DNA of 32,000 bases from Kiritimatiella glycovorans (GTDB lineage Bacteria; Verrucomicrobiota; Kiritimatiellia; Kiritimatiellales; Kiritimatiellaceae). Below are positions 1-8,456 of this stretch, piece after piece. Within the stretch, counting starts at the first letter, position 1, and each line of letters opens with the position of its first letter. The notes beneath the pieces are model-generated. The model had not been told where the DNA came from and ran no database searches. It saw only the letters and a list, made by a program, of their open reading frames with translations. Position numbers and translations under genes: made by a program. Where the stretch lies: assembly GCF_001017655.1 (NCBI RefSeq), contig NZ_CP010904.1:1560001-1592000 (forward strand), written 5' to 3'.

Positions 1-1
1 G

Positions 2-817
2 ACCGCGGCGGACCGGCGGGATCCGCCCGACCCGGAACTTAAAAATACGCCGCAGCTCTACAACCTGGATGCCGTGGCGTATGAAAGCATCATGCTCGGA
101 TTCTATGAGCTGCACCGCGGACCCCCGAACCGGCAGGCCGCCGAACAGGGCACCCCGAAGATCACGGAACTGAATTTCGCCTACAGCCGGGACGGATTCC
201 ACTGGCACCGCCCGGACCGGAACATGGCCATTGCCGCCTCGCGCCGGGAGGGGACCTGGGATCGCGGATACGTGCAGTCGCTCGGCAACCTCTGCGTGGT
301 TCAGGACGACCGGCTGTGGTTTTACTATCTGGGATTCGCGGGCGACCCGGAAAATACCAACGAACGCTCGATGCTCAGCGGGATGTACGCCAACGGCGCG
401 ACCGGGGTCGCTTTTCTGCGCCGCGACGGATTCGCCTCAATGGATGCGGAGAAACAGGGATATCTCACCACCCGGCCCGTCACCTTTTCCGGCCAATACC
501 TGTTCGTCAACGCCGCCGCTCCGCAGGGCGCGGTGCGGGCCGAGATACGCGACCTGAACGGCGAGCCCATTGAACCGTTCACGCTGTCCAACAGCCGTCC
601 CTTTACCGGAGACAGCACCCTGGAACCGCTGACCTGGAGGGGAGGTTCCGATCTCTCCGCACTGGCCGGACAACCGGTTCGATTCCATTTTGAGCTGACG
701 AAGGGTTCGCTCTATGCCTTCTGGGTCAGCAGAGACCGGAGCGGACGCAGCGACGGTTACGTCGCCGGCGGCGGCCCCGGCTTTACCGGTCCCGTGGATA
801 CCGTTGGAAATAGATAA
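2..817 (+). CDS. Glycoside-hydrolase-like protein, 3' portion only (gene starts upstream of the window)
   Basis: The reading frame is open from base 2, with no stop before the GTG at 74 used by the ORF track. TAA stop at 815-817. Motifs LYNLDAVAYESIMLG, NFAYSRDGFHW, DRLWFYYLG and LRRDGFASMDA are followed by a ~130-aa beta-sandwich-like tail ending LYAFWV. This resembles the last blades plus C-terminal domain of five-bladed beta-propeller glycosidases (GH32/43/130-type superfamily). The family cannot be assigned by eye. Confidence 0.55.
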   Translation, partial: TAADRRDPPDPELKNTPQLYNLDAVAYESIMLGFYELHRGPPNRQAAEQGTPKITELNFAYSRDGFHWHRPDRNMAIAASRREGTWDRGYVQSLGNLCVVQDDRLWFYYLGFAGDPENTNERSMLSGMYANGATGVAFLRRDGFASMDAEKQGYLTTRPVTFSGQYLFVNAAAPQGAVRAEIRDLNGEPIEPFTLSNSRPFTGDSTLEPLTWRGGSDLSALAGQPVRFHFELTKGSLYAFWVSRDRSGRSDGYVAGGGPGFTGPVDTVGNR

Positions 818-820
818 TTA

Positions 821-986
821 ATGCCGAGCTGGAGCTCGGCGTTCCCAGGAGAGAAAAATGCCGAGCTGGAGCTCGGCGTTCCCAGGAGAGAAAAATGCCG
901 AGCTGGAGCTCGGCGTTCCCAGGGGGAGAAATGCCGAGCTGGAGCTCGGCGTTCCCAGGAGAGAAAAATGCCGAGCTGGAGCTCGG
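821..986. repeat. Tandem array of 4.5 copies of a 37-bp unit (units start at 821, 858, 895, 931, 968; the third unit is 36 bp), each carrying the palindrome GCCGAGCT-GG-AGCTCGGC
   Basis: Direct reading: ATGCCGAGCTGGAGCTCGGCGTTCCCAGGAGAGAAAA is repeated head-to-tail in the 183-bp gap between convergent genes (stops at 815-817 and 1001-1003). On the minus strand each unit reads as a GC-rich hairpin followed by ATTTTTCTCTCC, which is intrinsic-terminator-like, directly downstream of the sulfatase gene. Confidence 0.95.
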
Positions 987-1000
987 GCGATTGAAGGTCG

Positions 1001-2479
1001 CTATTCCTCGTACTGCACGGTTCCGGTCTCATCCACCGGATAGCCCTGACGCCGCACAAACGTCATGCCGTCGGCGAAATCATCCGCCGTCTCCCTGAGC
1101 CTGCGTTGAAGGAGGCGCTCCAGGCGGCGCTGCAACTGCGCCGTTTCCGGACGGTCGACCAGATTGTTCCGCTGGTACGGATCGGACTCGTTATCGAACA
1201 GAAGCCACGGCCCGTTCAGATCTTTCACATAGGTATGCCGGGCCGTACGGACGCCGCGCCACTCCCTCCCGCCGCGCCGGGCGGACCACTGCCCGAAGGG
1301 ATGGATGTTCACGATCAGCGCGGCATCGTCCGACGCAGGCGCCCCCTTGAGAACCGGAACAAAGCTGTCTCCCTCGACACTCGAGGGCACCGGCACGCCG
1401 CACAGCTCGCAGAGCGTCGGCATAATGTCGGGTGTGTTGAACGGCGCCTCCAGTTCCCGCCCGCCCTTTCCGACCCCCGGATACTTCAGCAGGAACGGGA
1501 CACAGACCGACTCGTCATACGGCCACTGCTTCTTCCAGAGTCCGTGCGATCCGAGCATATCCCCGTGATCGGCGGTAAATACAAAAATCGTATCCTCCTC
1601 GAGGCCCGCATCGCGGATCGCCTGCTGCAGACGGCCGATACAGGCATCCAGTGCGCTGCAGTGGGCATAATACCCGGCCATGATCCGCCTGACGCGGTCG
1701 CGCGGCTCCATCGCGGCGTGCTCGTCCCACTTCGCCGGCGGAATAAAGTCCTCCGCATGCTCCGGCACATTCGGCGGGATCGTCAGCTTTCCGGGATCAT
1801 ACATCGCCCGATACGCCTCAGGTGCGGTCAGGTACGGCGCATGCGGAGGACCCCAGGAGAGGAACAGCACGAACGGGGCGTCCCCGTGACTGCGGATGTA
1901 ATCCACCGCGTGGCGGGTCTGGTCGATGGCGTCGTAGCCCCGCCACCGCTTCGCTTCAGGGTTGTTGTTATCGTAATACAGCGAATCGTTGTAGCGGTGC
2001 GTACACTCCAGCACCTGCCAGAACCCGAACCCCTGCCGACGCTCCGGCGGGATATAGCTGCTGCGCCCGTGTCCGTCGAGATGCCACTTGCCGATAAAGC
2101 CGGTGGCGTACCCGGCCTCGTTGAACACCTCGGCAATCGACGGGCCGTCCTGCTGCAGATGGACATCGTTCACGAAAACGCCGTGCGTCAGCGGATACTG
2201 TCCGGTCATGATCGACGCCCGCGCCGGGCTGCAGACCGGGCAGACCGATACCGCGTTTTTAAAACGGAAGCTCTCCGACGCCAGCCGGTCGAGATGCGGC
2301 GTCTTCACATCCGGATTCCCCGCATATCCCGTCGCCGAAGCCCGCCACTGATCCGCGAATACGAACACCACATTCGGGGGTTTCAGGCCCGGTGTCATCA
2401 TCCTGCAGCCGCCGAGCACCCCCGCGCCACCGGCCGCGCCCGCGGCGGTCAGGAAGTTACGTCGTCGCATGCCGTTCAT
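1001..2479 (-). CDS. Formylglycine-dependent (type I) sulfatase, exported
   Basis: 492-aa ORF with an N-terminal MRRRNFLTAAGAAGGAGVLGGC Tat/lipoprotein-like signal. It has the C-x-P-x-R motif CSPARASIMTGQYP, plus GKWHLDG and FTADHGD metal/active-site motifs. TAG stop at 1001. The start could be 2479 or the ATG three codons in. Confidence 0.9.
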   Translation of the reverse strand: MNGMRRRNFLTAAGAAGGAGVLGGCRMMTPGLKPPNVVFVFADQWRASATGYAGNPDVKTPHLDRLASESFRFKNAVSVCPVCSPARASIMTGQYPLTHGVFVNDVHLQQDGPSIAEVFNEAGYATGFIGKWHLDGHGRSSYIPPERRQGFGFWQVLECTHRYNDSLYYDNNNPEAKRWRGYDAIDQTRHAVDYIRSHGDAPFVLFLSWGPPHAPYLTAPEAYRAMYDPGKLTIPPNVPEHAEDFIPPAKWDEHAAMEPRDRVRRIMAGYYAHCSALDACIGRLQQAIRDAGLEEDTIFVFTADHGDMLGSHGLWKKQWPYDESVCVPFLLKYPGVGKGGRELEAPFNTPDIMPTLCELCGVPVPSSVEGDSFVPVLKGAPASDDAALIVNIHPFGQWSARRGGREWRGVRTARHTYVKDLNGPWLLFDNESDPYQRNNLVDRPETAQLQRRLERLLQRRLRETADDFADGMTFVRRQGYPVDETGTVQYEE

Positions 2480-2518
2480 TGCGTCTCTCCTCCGACGAGC
2501 GCGCCGTCGGCAAAAGAT

Positions 2519-3901
2519 TTACCCGCCGGTCATCTCCTCGAGCGTCTTGCCCCGTGTTTCCGCGATCAATTTCCAGGCGAAGAACACCGAGAGCAGCGCG
2601 AAGAAGGCGTAACAGGCGTAGGCGCCGCCGAGACCGATTCCGCTGAGCAGCATCGGGAAGGTTATCGTGACCACAAAATTCGTCGCCCACTGCGAGAGCC
2701 CGGCAAGCGAAAGCGCCGCGCCGCGCATCTGGTTCGGGAACATCTCGCCGAGCAGCACCCACATCACCGGCCCCCAGGTGACGGCAAAACAGATGATGTA
2801 CCCGTTGGCGGCCAGCAGCGCAAACACGCCGGCCATATCCGTGAGCGCGAGATTGCCGGACGCATCGACCTCCGATCCCGCGAAGATCAGCGCCATGAGC
2901 CCGAGAAAGACCGCCATACCGGCCGACCCCCAGACGAGCAGCGGCTTCCGGCCGACCCGATCGACAAGGAGGATGGCGACGATCGTGCTTCCGATGTTGA
3001 TCGCCCCGCTGATCACGTTGATCAGCAGCGCGTTCTCCTCCGTAAATCCGGCCGCCTCCCAGAGTACTTCACCGTAGTAGAAGATCACATTGATTCCGAC
3101 CAGCTGCTGAAAGGCGGCCAGCAGGATCCCGACCCAGACGATCGGGTAGATGCGTTTCCGGGCCGTGTCCCGCACGTCCCGCAGGCTGGGCCGGTGAGCC
3201 GCGTTCAGCGTACCCCGGATCTGCTCGACCTTCGCCGGCGCGTCGTCGGGATGATCAACACGCGCGAGAACCGATTCGGCCTTTTCATATTTTCCGCGCG
3301 CAACCAGGAATCGGGGCGACTCCGGGATGCAGATCAGTCCCAGGAAGAAAAGAACCACCGGGATCAGTTCCATCCAGAACATCCACTGCCAGGTCTGAAA
3401 TCCCCACAGCGGGTCCGAGGCCCCGCCGCTGACGCCGGCCAGCAGGAAATTGCTCAGAAACGCCACAAAGAGTCCCAGCACGATCGCCATCTGCTGGAGC
3501 GAGGCCAGCCGCCCGCGGACGGCCGCCGGAGCGATCTCGCTGATGTACGCCGGGCTGATGATGCTTGCGCCGCCGACCGCGATCCCGCCGATCAGGCGGT
3601 AGATGACAAACTCGACCGATCCGCCCGCGATACCGGAACCCCATGCACTGACACCGAAACAGACCGCCGCGACGATCAGCGCCCAGCGGCGTCCCAGCCA
3701 GTCGGCGATCCGACCGGCGAAGAAGGCGCCCGCCGCGCAGCCGAGCAGCATCGAGGCTACGTTGAACCCCGACCCGACCTCCGAGGTGCCAAATGCCTCC
3801 TGCAGCGCCCCCACCGTTCCGTTGATCACACCGCTGTCGAACCCGAACAGAAAACCACCCAGCGCCGCTACGCAGGAAAGAAGGAAGACAAATACATTCA
3901 T
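2519..3901 (-). CDS. MFS sugar-porter family transporter (GalP/XylE/IolT-like)
   Basis: 460-aa ORF with roughly 12 hydrophobic segments. Sugar-porter signatures are GRIADWLGRRW, PESPRFL, VDRVGRKPLL, WGPVMWVLLGEMFPNQMRG and AETRGKTLEEM. TAA stop at 2519. It lies 39 nt upstream of the sulfatase on the same strand. Confidence 0.9.
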   Translation of the reverse strand: MNVFVFLLSCVAALGGFLFGFDSGVINGTVGALQEAFGTSEVGSGFNVASMLLGCAAGAFFAGRIADWLGRRWALIVAAVCFGVSAWGSGIAGGSVEFVIYRLIGGIAVGGASIISPAYISEIAPAAVRGRLASLQQMAIVLGLFVAFLSNFLLAGVSGGASDPLWGFQTWQWMFWMELIPVVLFFLGLICIPESPRFLVARGKYEKAESVLARVDHPDDAPAKVEQIRGTLNAAHRPSLRDVRDTARKRIYPIVWVGILLAAFQQLVGINVIFYYGEVLWEAAGFTEENALLINVISGAINIGSTIVAILLVDRVGRKPLLVWGSAGMAVFLGLMALIFAGSEVDASGNLALTDMAGVFALLAANGYIICFAVTWGPVMWVLLGEMFPNQMRGAALSLAGLSQWATNFVVTITFPMLLSGIGLGGAYACYAFFALLSVFFAWKLIAETRGKTLEEMTGG

Positions 3902-4152
3902 CGAGTCTCCCTTCGATTTTCCGTTACGCTAACAACTCCCCGTTCCGATGCAAAGAGATTAACGGGATGAGCTTCGTAACGGCACATACTATTATAGTAC
4001 CAGCAGCTTCGTCATTAATAACCAATTTTCACCGTGTGCAATTTTATTATAATTTTATCATTGACGCATGATTGAGGGGTGTTAGTGTCTCTGTACAAAG
4101 GGTTGGCGCGTGGTGCGCCGGGGCACGTTAATTACAATGGGAGGGTACAGTT
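3902..4152. promoter_or_regulatory. AT-rich divergent intergenic region with candidate sigma70-like promoters for both flanking genes
   Basis: There is a sharp local AT-rich island (about 3985-4075) in otherwise high-GC DNA. Plus strand: TTGACG (4061-4066), N16, TAGTGT (4083-4088), upstream of the ATG at 4153, whose SD is GGGAGGG. Minus strand: a perfect TATAAT (complement of 3991-3996), about 90 nt upstream of the MFS ATG at 3901. These are hexamer matches only, and PVC promoter rules are poorly known. Confidence 0.3.
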
Positions 4153-5313
4153 ATGCGAAAAATACTGACGATGCTGACGGTCTGCGCCTTCGCGGCGGCC
4201 GCGCAGGCAACGAATATCAACTGGCAGGGTGATGAATCGAATGACTTCGGCACCGGAGGCAACTGGGCCGGAGGGGCGGTACCCGGGCCGGGGGACGAAC
4301 TGACATTCGACTCCACGGCCTCGAGTTTTACGGTCGACGTGGATTCCGATTATACGATCGGGGATTCCTATAACGACTTTCTTATCGTAAGCGGGGCGTA
4401 TACCTTCAACGGAAGCGGGACCATCACGGTCGCCAGCTCAAATGACAAGCCCAACGTCACGCTGAACCTCAACGCGGACAGCGGGCAGACCCAGACGCTC
4501 AACAATAATATCTCGCTGACAAACAGCGGTACCGGGGTCACGTATTTCAGAGCCGGTGACAATAACAGCGGCGGTACGGTCAGGTTCGGCGGCAAGCTGA
4601 TTCTCAACGACGCCGGGAGCAGTATCCTTATGCCGCTGGATAGTGTGACGGTTTACTACGATGGAGGCGTTGACCTCTACAATGCGGCACACGCCAATAG
4701 CAAAAACAGCAGCAGTTCGCCCGCGTTTTTCCGGGGCGCGGTCACGGACGCAGACGGCGGCTCTGATTCGCGGTTCGTGGCTGGAGGTGGCTGGTCAGTC
4801 TTTGCCAACACCAACGGCGTCGTTGGCGATTCATCCCTCTCTGATGTACTTTTCCAGGGTGGCGATCTTCGCCTGGGGGCTGATCATCAGGTCGAAACCA
4901 TGCTCCGAACCGCCGCATCAAGCTACTCGCCGAGTTTCGATTTGAACGGCTTCAGCAATACAAATACCGCCAGCCTTTTACTCCTGGACGGAGGCAGCGG
5001 ATTCACGCTGACCATAGATTTCAGCGACGAGGAAGCCGAGAGTCTGTGGTTCAGTGATTCATCCGGCCACGGTTGGTCGACGAATACTTCCGTGCTCAAC
5101 CTCGTCGGATTCGAGTTAGGCAAGGACGAGATTCGCTTCGGAACAGATGAGAGCGGACTGGATGGCGGCCAGTTGAGCGTGATCCGGATCGATGGGGAAT
5201 CCGGCGACTACTCGCTCGACAATAACGGATACCTGATCCCCGAGCCGGCCACCATGGGCCTGATCGGGGCGACCGGCGCGGCGTTACTTTTCATCCGACG
5301 CCGCATACGCTGA
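4153..5313 (+). CDS. Secreted PEP-CTERM-anchored protein with beta-strand repeat body
   Basis: Signal peptide MRKILTMLTVCAFAAAAQA. The N-terminal NWQGDESNDFGTGGNWAGGAVPGPGDELTFD is typical of autotransporter-associated beta-strand-repeat proteins. The C-terminus IPEPATMGLIGATGAALLFIRRRIR* has the PEP motif, a TM helix and an Arg cluster. SD is GGGAGGG 7 nt upstream. TGA stop at 5311-5313. Confidence 0.85.
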   Translation: MRKILTMLTVCAFAAAAQATNINWQGDESNDFGTGGNWAGGAVPGPGDELTFDSTASSFTVDVDSDYTIGDSYNDFLIVSGAYTFNGSGTITVASSNDKPNVTLNLNADSGQTQTLNNNISLTNSGTGVTYFRAGDNNSGGTVRFGGKLILNDAGSSILMPLDSVTVYYDGGVDLYNAAHANSKNSSSSPAFFRGAVTDADGGSDSRFVAGGGWSVFANTNGVVGDSSLSDVLFQGGDLRLGADHQVETMLRTAASSYSPSFDLNGFSNTNTASLLLLDGGSGFTLTIDFSDEEAESLWFSDSSGHGWSTNTSVLNLVGFELGKDEIRFGTDESGLDGGQLSVIRIDGESGDYSLDNNGYLIPEPATMGLIGATGAALLFIRRRIR

Positions 5314-5337
5314 TTCGGCGCAAAACGGTGAATGAGT

Positions 5338-5373
5338 GCGGTCCGGAAGTGGGTTATTCCGGACCGCTTTTTT
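5338..5373 (+). terminator. Rho-independent terminator of the PEP-CTERM gene
   Basis: Perfect 11-bp stem GCGGTCCGGAA (5338-5348) / TTCCGGACCGC (5357-5367), an 8-nt loop, then TTTTTT (5368-5373). It lies 25 nt after the stop codon. Confidence 0.85.
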
Positions 5374-5503
5374 ATAGGCTTCCGGAAGAAGTTTCTCGCA
5401 AAGCGCGCGGAGCGTGCAGGTAAAGAGCCTTTCTCCCCTGTTCCACATTCCTCTTTATTCCCTTTGCGCTCGCTGCGCCTCTGCGAGAATAAACGGGAGA
5501 GGG

Positions 5504-5526
5504 GGTCGCGATATCTCAGCGCGACC
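5504..5526 (-). terminator. Weak candidate terminator hairpin after the FAD-oxidoreductase gene
   Basis: 7-bp GC stem GGTCGCG/CGCGACC with a 9-nt loop, 6 nt downstream of the TAG at 5532 on the minus strand. It is followed by CCCUCUCCCGUUUAUUCU rather than a clean U-run. Confidence 0.25.
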
Positions 5527-5531
5527 GCTCC

Positions 5532-8402
5532 CTATGCCCCGTAGACGCGTATTTCCATCACACGGGCCTGCGGCGCGCCGTGGGTACTCTCGACCGTGAG
5601 GCGCACCTTATCCGCCACGCATGCGGGGAACTCATGTCGGCGGAACCGCTGATAATTTCCCCGGATCCGCGCAACGTTTTTCCACTTCCCGTTCGTCCGG
5701 CACTCGATCGTATAATCGCGCACGCAGACATCCGGATGCGCATCGCGCTGCTTGCCCATGGTTACGCTGAGATCCGTATCAAAGACGCAGTGCACCGAAG
5801 AGACCTTCGCCCGGCGTTCCAGCGTGAGTTCGATCCACTGCGGGAGCGGTTCACCGGCGTCGGAGATCCACATGTTGGGCGCCTCCTCCGTCGGCCGGGC
5901 CGTCCCGTTGATCACGTTCACGGGCGCGTACACCCTCCGCTCCGTGAAGACCGGGTCGGGGTCCAGCGCGAACGTCATTGCATCGCCCTGCACCTTTTGC
6001 CAGACGCCCGGTCGACCGTAAAACCGGAAGACCCCCTCCGTATTCAGGCTTGAGTGTCTCCAGCTTACACCTTCCGCGGTTTCCAGGTACATCCAGGCAT
6101 GGGCCGTCGGGATCTCCCGGTCGATCGGGAAATCCACCCACCCTTTCATCCCGGCGGAGATGCGTCGGGTCACGGTGGCGACATCCGTTGCGGACGACAG
6201 GTCATTCCCGGATCCTGCGGCGCGGAGATGCAGGGTAATCTCCGCATCGCGCTTCGCTTCGAGCGGAAGGCTGATGCGTTCCAGGCGCCGGCCCGCCTCC
6301 CAGGGGAAGAACACGCCGCGGGCCATATTCAGCTCGAACCAGCGCCCCCTTTCGCTGCTCTCCATCTCGCGCCGGAACGGGTTGGACGCGTCCACGAACT
6401 GACTGGAGGCGCGGACCTCCGCGCGGAGTGCCAGATCCTCCGGGTCGCGGTTGCGCACGCCGGGGATGTACTGATCGTGCTTCAGCAGGAGCTGCTGCAG
6501 TTCGTCCATATGCCTGCGGTACACGCCCCGGGGGGTGGTCCGACGATGCAGCGCCAGCGCCGCGGCCGTACCGGCCGCCTGCCCCGTGATCGAGGTCTGG
6601 CCCTCGACGCGCACGGTGCCCAGCGCGATATGTGAGACGCTCATCGCGCGTCCGGCCATCAGCAGGTTTTCGATGTTACGCGAATAGAGCGTGCGGTACG
6701 GGATCTGCGCGATCGGAATCTTCACCGCGCAGTCGTACGGCCCGGTTGTGGAGAAGAGACCCTCCGCAGCATGGACATCGAGCGGCCATCCCGTGTGGCC
6801 GATCGCGTCCTCGAACGGACGCGCCGACTCGCAGTCGTTCTGATTCAGCACGTAATCGCCCAGAAGTCGCCGCGTCTCGCGTTTGCCGACCATGAACGGG
6901 ACGTAGTCGAGCCGGTGCTTCGAGAGTCGGGACCGTTCGGACCACTTGTTCTTCATGTAGTCCCAGAAGGTGAAATTGATACGGAGCAGGGCGTCGCGCG
7001 CGTATTCGGGATCCCACAGATCGTCCACCTCCCCGTGGTGCTCCAGCCACCAGGTACCGTGCCATGCCACCCGCTCGAGGCGCTGATCGTCGCCGCGACG
7101 GTTGATCCAGTCGGGCGGGAGCCTGTAGATCCACGGCGGCGTCTCGAACTTCTGCGGGGAGGACTCCCGGACCGTCCGGTAAAACAGGCAGCGTTTATAC
7201 TCCTCGCGGGGGCCGCGCAGGCAGCCGCTCATCGTGATGTTGTCCGCCCTTTCCGGCGCGTAGCTCTCATTGTACATCGATCGCGGCTCCCGTCCGACCC
7301 GGTGATCGGCCCCAGCGTAATAGCCGAGCCATCCGTCGCCGGAGGTATCGATGAACATCTTTCCGGGGATGCGGGATCGGCCGCCGGTGAGGGTATGGCG
7401 CGCCAGGGCCGCGCGGATACGTTTCGTCCCGCTCTTTTCCACCGCCTCGACGCGCGTATCCTCATACACCTCCAGGTTTTTCTCTTTCTCGATGAGGGTG
7501 GCGAACGGGCGGCTCATAATCGAGCCCCATTCATTCACCAGGCCGATCCGTCCGGCCTCCTCAATAATCCCGCTCTCGCGGGCGAATCGATGCTGGGAGG
7601 CGGCGCCCTGGACCGGCACGCCGATTTCCACGCTGGCGTTTCCGCCGAGCACGGGGCGATCGGAGATCAGTGCGGTCTTCATGCCCAGGCGTGCCGCAGC
7701 GATCGCCGCGCAGCAGCCCGCCGTGCCGGCCCCGACGACCACGACGTCGTACTCGGGTCTGCGTTGCAGCTGGTCGGATTCGCCACTGAGCCGTGCGCGT
7801 TCCCGCCGGAACGCCTCGAGGTCGGCGGGCGGCCGGTAATCCGTATCCCGCGTCAGTATGATTGAGGAGCAGCGCCCGTAATATCCTGTGAGGTCGCGCA
7901 GCGTCATTTCGACCGTGCCGCCCTGAAGCTCGTGCAGCCCGCCGTCCTGCCAGCTCCAGCCCTTCTCACCCTGGGCGCCGTATTCGATCCCGGAATCCTG
8001 CCCGTTAATCCGGACCGCGAACCGGCCGGGCGAGTGTTCCGGGATCCAGTTGCGGCTCCGAACCCAGAGGCGATAGCGGCCCGGCCGGACATCGGGAATC
8101 GTCAGGCCGGCATCCTCGACCGGCGTTCCCGCGCCGTGGGCGATCAGGTAGGACGAACCCATAAACCCGGAGTGCTGGGTGTCCAGCGCCCATCCGCCGT
8201 AGCTTCCGAAATCGGCGGCATCGGCCCAGAGGAATCCGGGCACGACCTCGCGGATCGTACGGGCCGGTTTACGGAACGGGATCGCGTTGTCGTACGCGCC
8301 CGAATCATAAAAATCGTCGGGGACGAAAGAAAACGCCAGGTCCCGGTTAAGCAGACTGACCGTCAGCACACCGGTCTTTACAAAATCTCGTCGATTCGTC
8401 AT
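5532..8402 (-). CDS. Tat-exported FAD-dependent oxidoreductase with an N-terminal beta-sandwich (CBM-like) domain and a C-terminal discoidin/F5-8-type-C-like domain
   Basis: The likely start is the ATG at 8402 (MTNRRDFVKTGVL, twin-arginine motif), with GAGGTG just upstream; the ORF track starts 4 codons earlier at a GTG. The dinucleotide-binding motif is YDVVVVGAGTAGCCAAIAAARLG...LGGN. The N-terminal ~200 aa contain FLWADAADF..GGW..YRLWVRSRNW. The C-terminus contains WISD..PQWIELTL...VRLTVEST...MEIRVYG. TAG stop at 5532. Confidence 0.8.
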   Translation of the reverse strand: MTNRRDFVKTGVLTVSLLNRDLAFSFVPDDFYDSGAYDNAIPFRKPARTIREVVPGFLWADAADFGSYGGWALDTQHSGFMGSSYLIAHGAGTPVEDAGLTIPDVRPGRYRLWVRSRNWIPEHSPGRFAVRINGQDSGIEYGAQGEKGWSWQDGGLHELQGGTVEMTLRDLTGYYGRCSSIILTRDTDYRPPADLEAFRRERARLSGESDQLQRRPEYDVVVVGAGTAGCCAAIAAARLGMKTALISDRPVLGGNASVEIGVPVQGAASQHRFARESGIIEEAGRIGLVNEWGSIMSRPFATLIEKEKNLEVYEDTRVEAVEKSGTKRIRAALARHTLTGGRSRIPGKMFIDTSGDGWLGYYAGADHRVGREPRSMYNESYAPERADNITMSGCLRGPREEYKRCLFYRTVRESSPQKFETPPWIYRLPPDWINRRGDDQRLERVAWHGTWWLEHHGEVDDLWDPEYARDALLRINFTFWDYMKNKWSERSRLSKHRLDYVPFMVGKRETRRLLGDYVLNQNDCESARPFEDAIGHTGWPLDVHAAEGLFSTTGPYDCAVKIPIAQIPYRTLYSRNIENLLMAGRAMSVSHIALGTVRVEGQTSITGQAAGTAAALALHRRTTPRGVYRRHMDELQQLLLKHDQYIPGVRNRDPEDLALRAEVRASSQFVDASNPFRREMESSERGRWFELNMARGVFFPWEAGRRLERISLPLEAKRDAEITLHLRAAGSGNDLSSATDVATVTRRISAGMKGWVDFPIDREIPTAHAWMYLETAEGVSWRHSSLNTEGVFRFYGRPGVWQKVQGDAMTFALDPDPVFTERRVYAPVNVINGTARPTEEAPNMWISDAGEPLPQWIELTLERRAKVSSVHCVFDTDLSVTMGKQRDAHPDVCVRDYTIECRTNGKWKNVARIRGNYQRFRRHEFPACVADKVRLTVESTHGAPQARVMEIRVYGA

Positions 8403-8456
8403 GAAACACCTCACTGTTTGAGCCGGTCAGGGGACCCGGGCATTGCATTCACAGGA

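Noticed and set aside
821-986. Possible CRISPR array
   Set aside because: The units abut directly with no spacers, there are only 4.5 copies, and no cas genes are nearby. It is a simple tandem repeat.
858-1098. Small ORFs MPSWSSAFPGEKNAELELG... (858-1043 and 895-1098)
   Set aside because: They are translation artefacts of the tandem 37-bp repeat: the periodic peptide mirrors the DNA repeat. They sit in a convergent intergenic gap.
1106-3970. 954-aa plus-strand ORF, the longest in this part of the track
   Set aside because: It lies antisense to two genes with unmistakable family motifs (sulfatase and MFS sugar porter). It is Arg/Pro/His-rich low-complexity sequence with no motifs. This is the typical shadow ORF of high-GC DNA.
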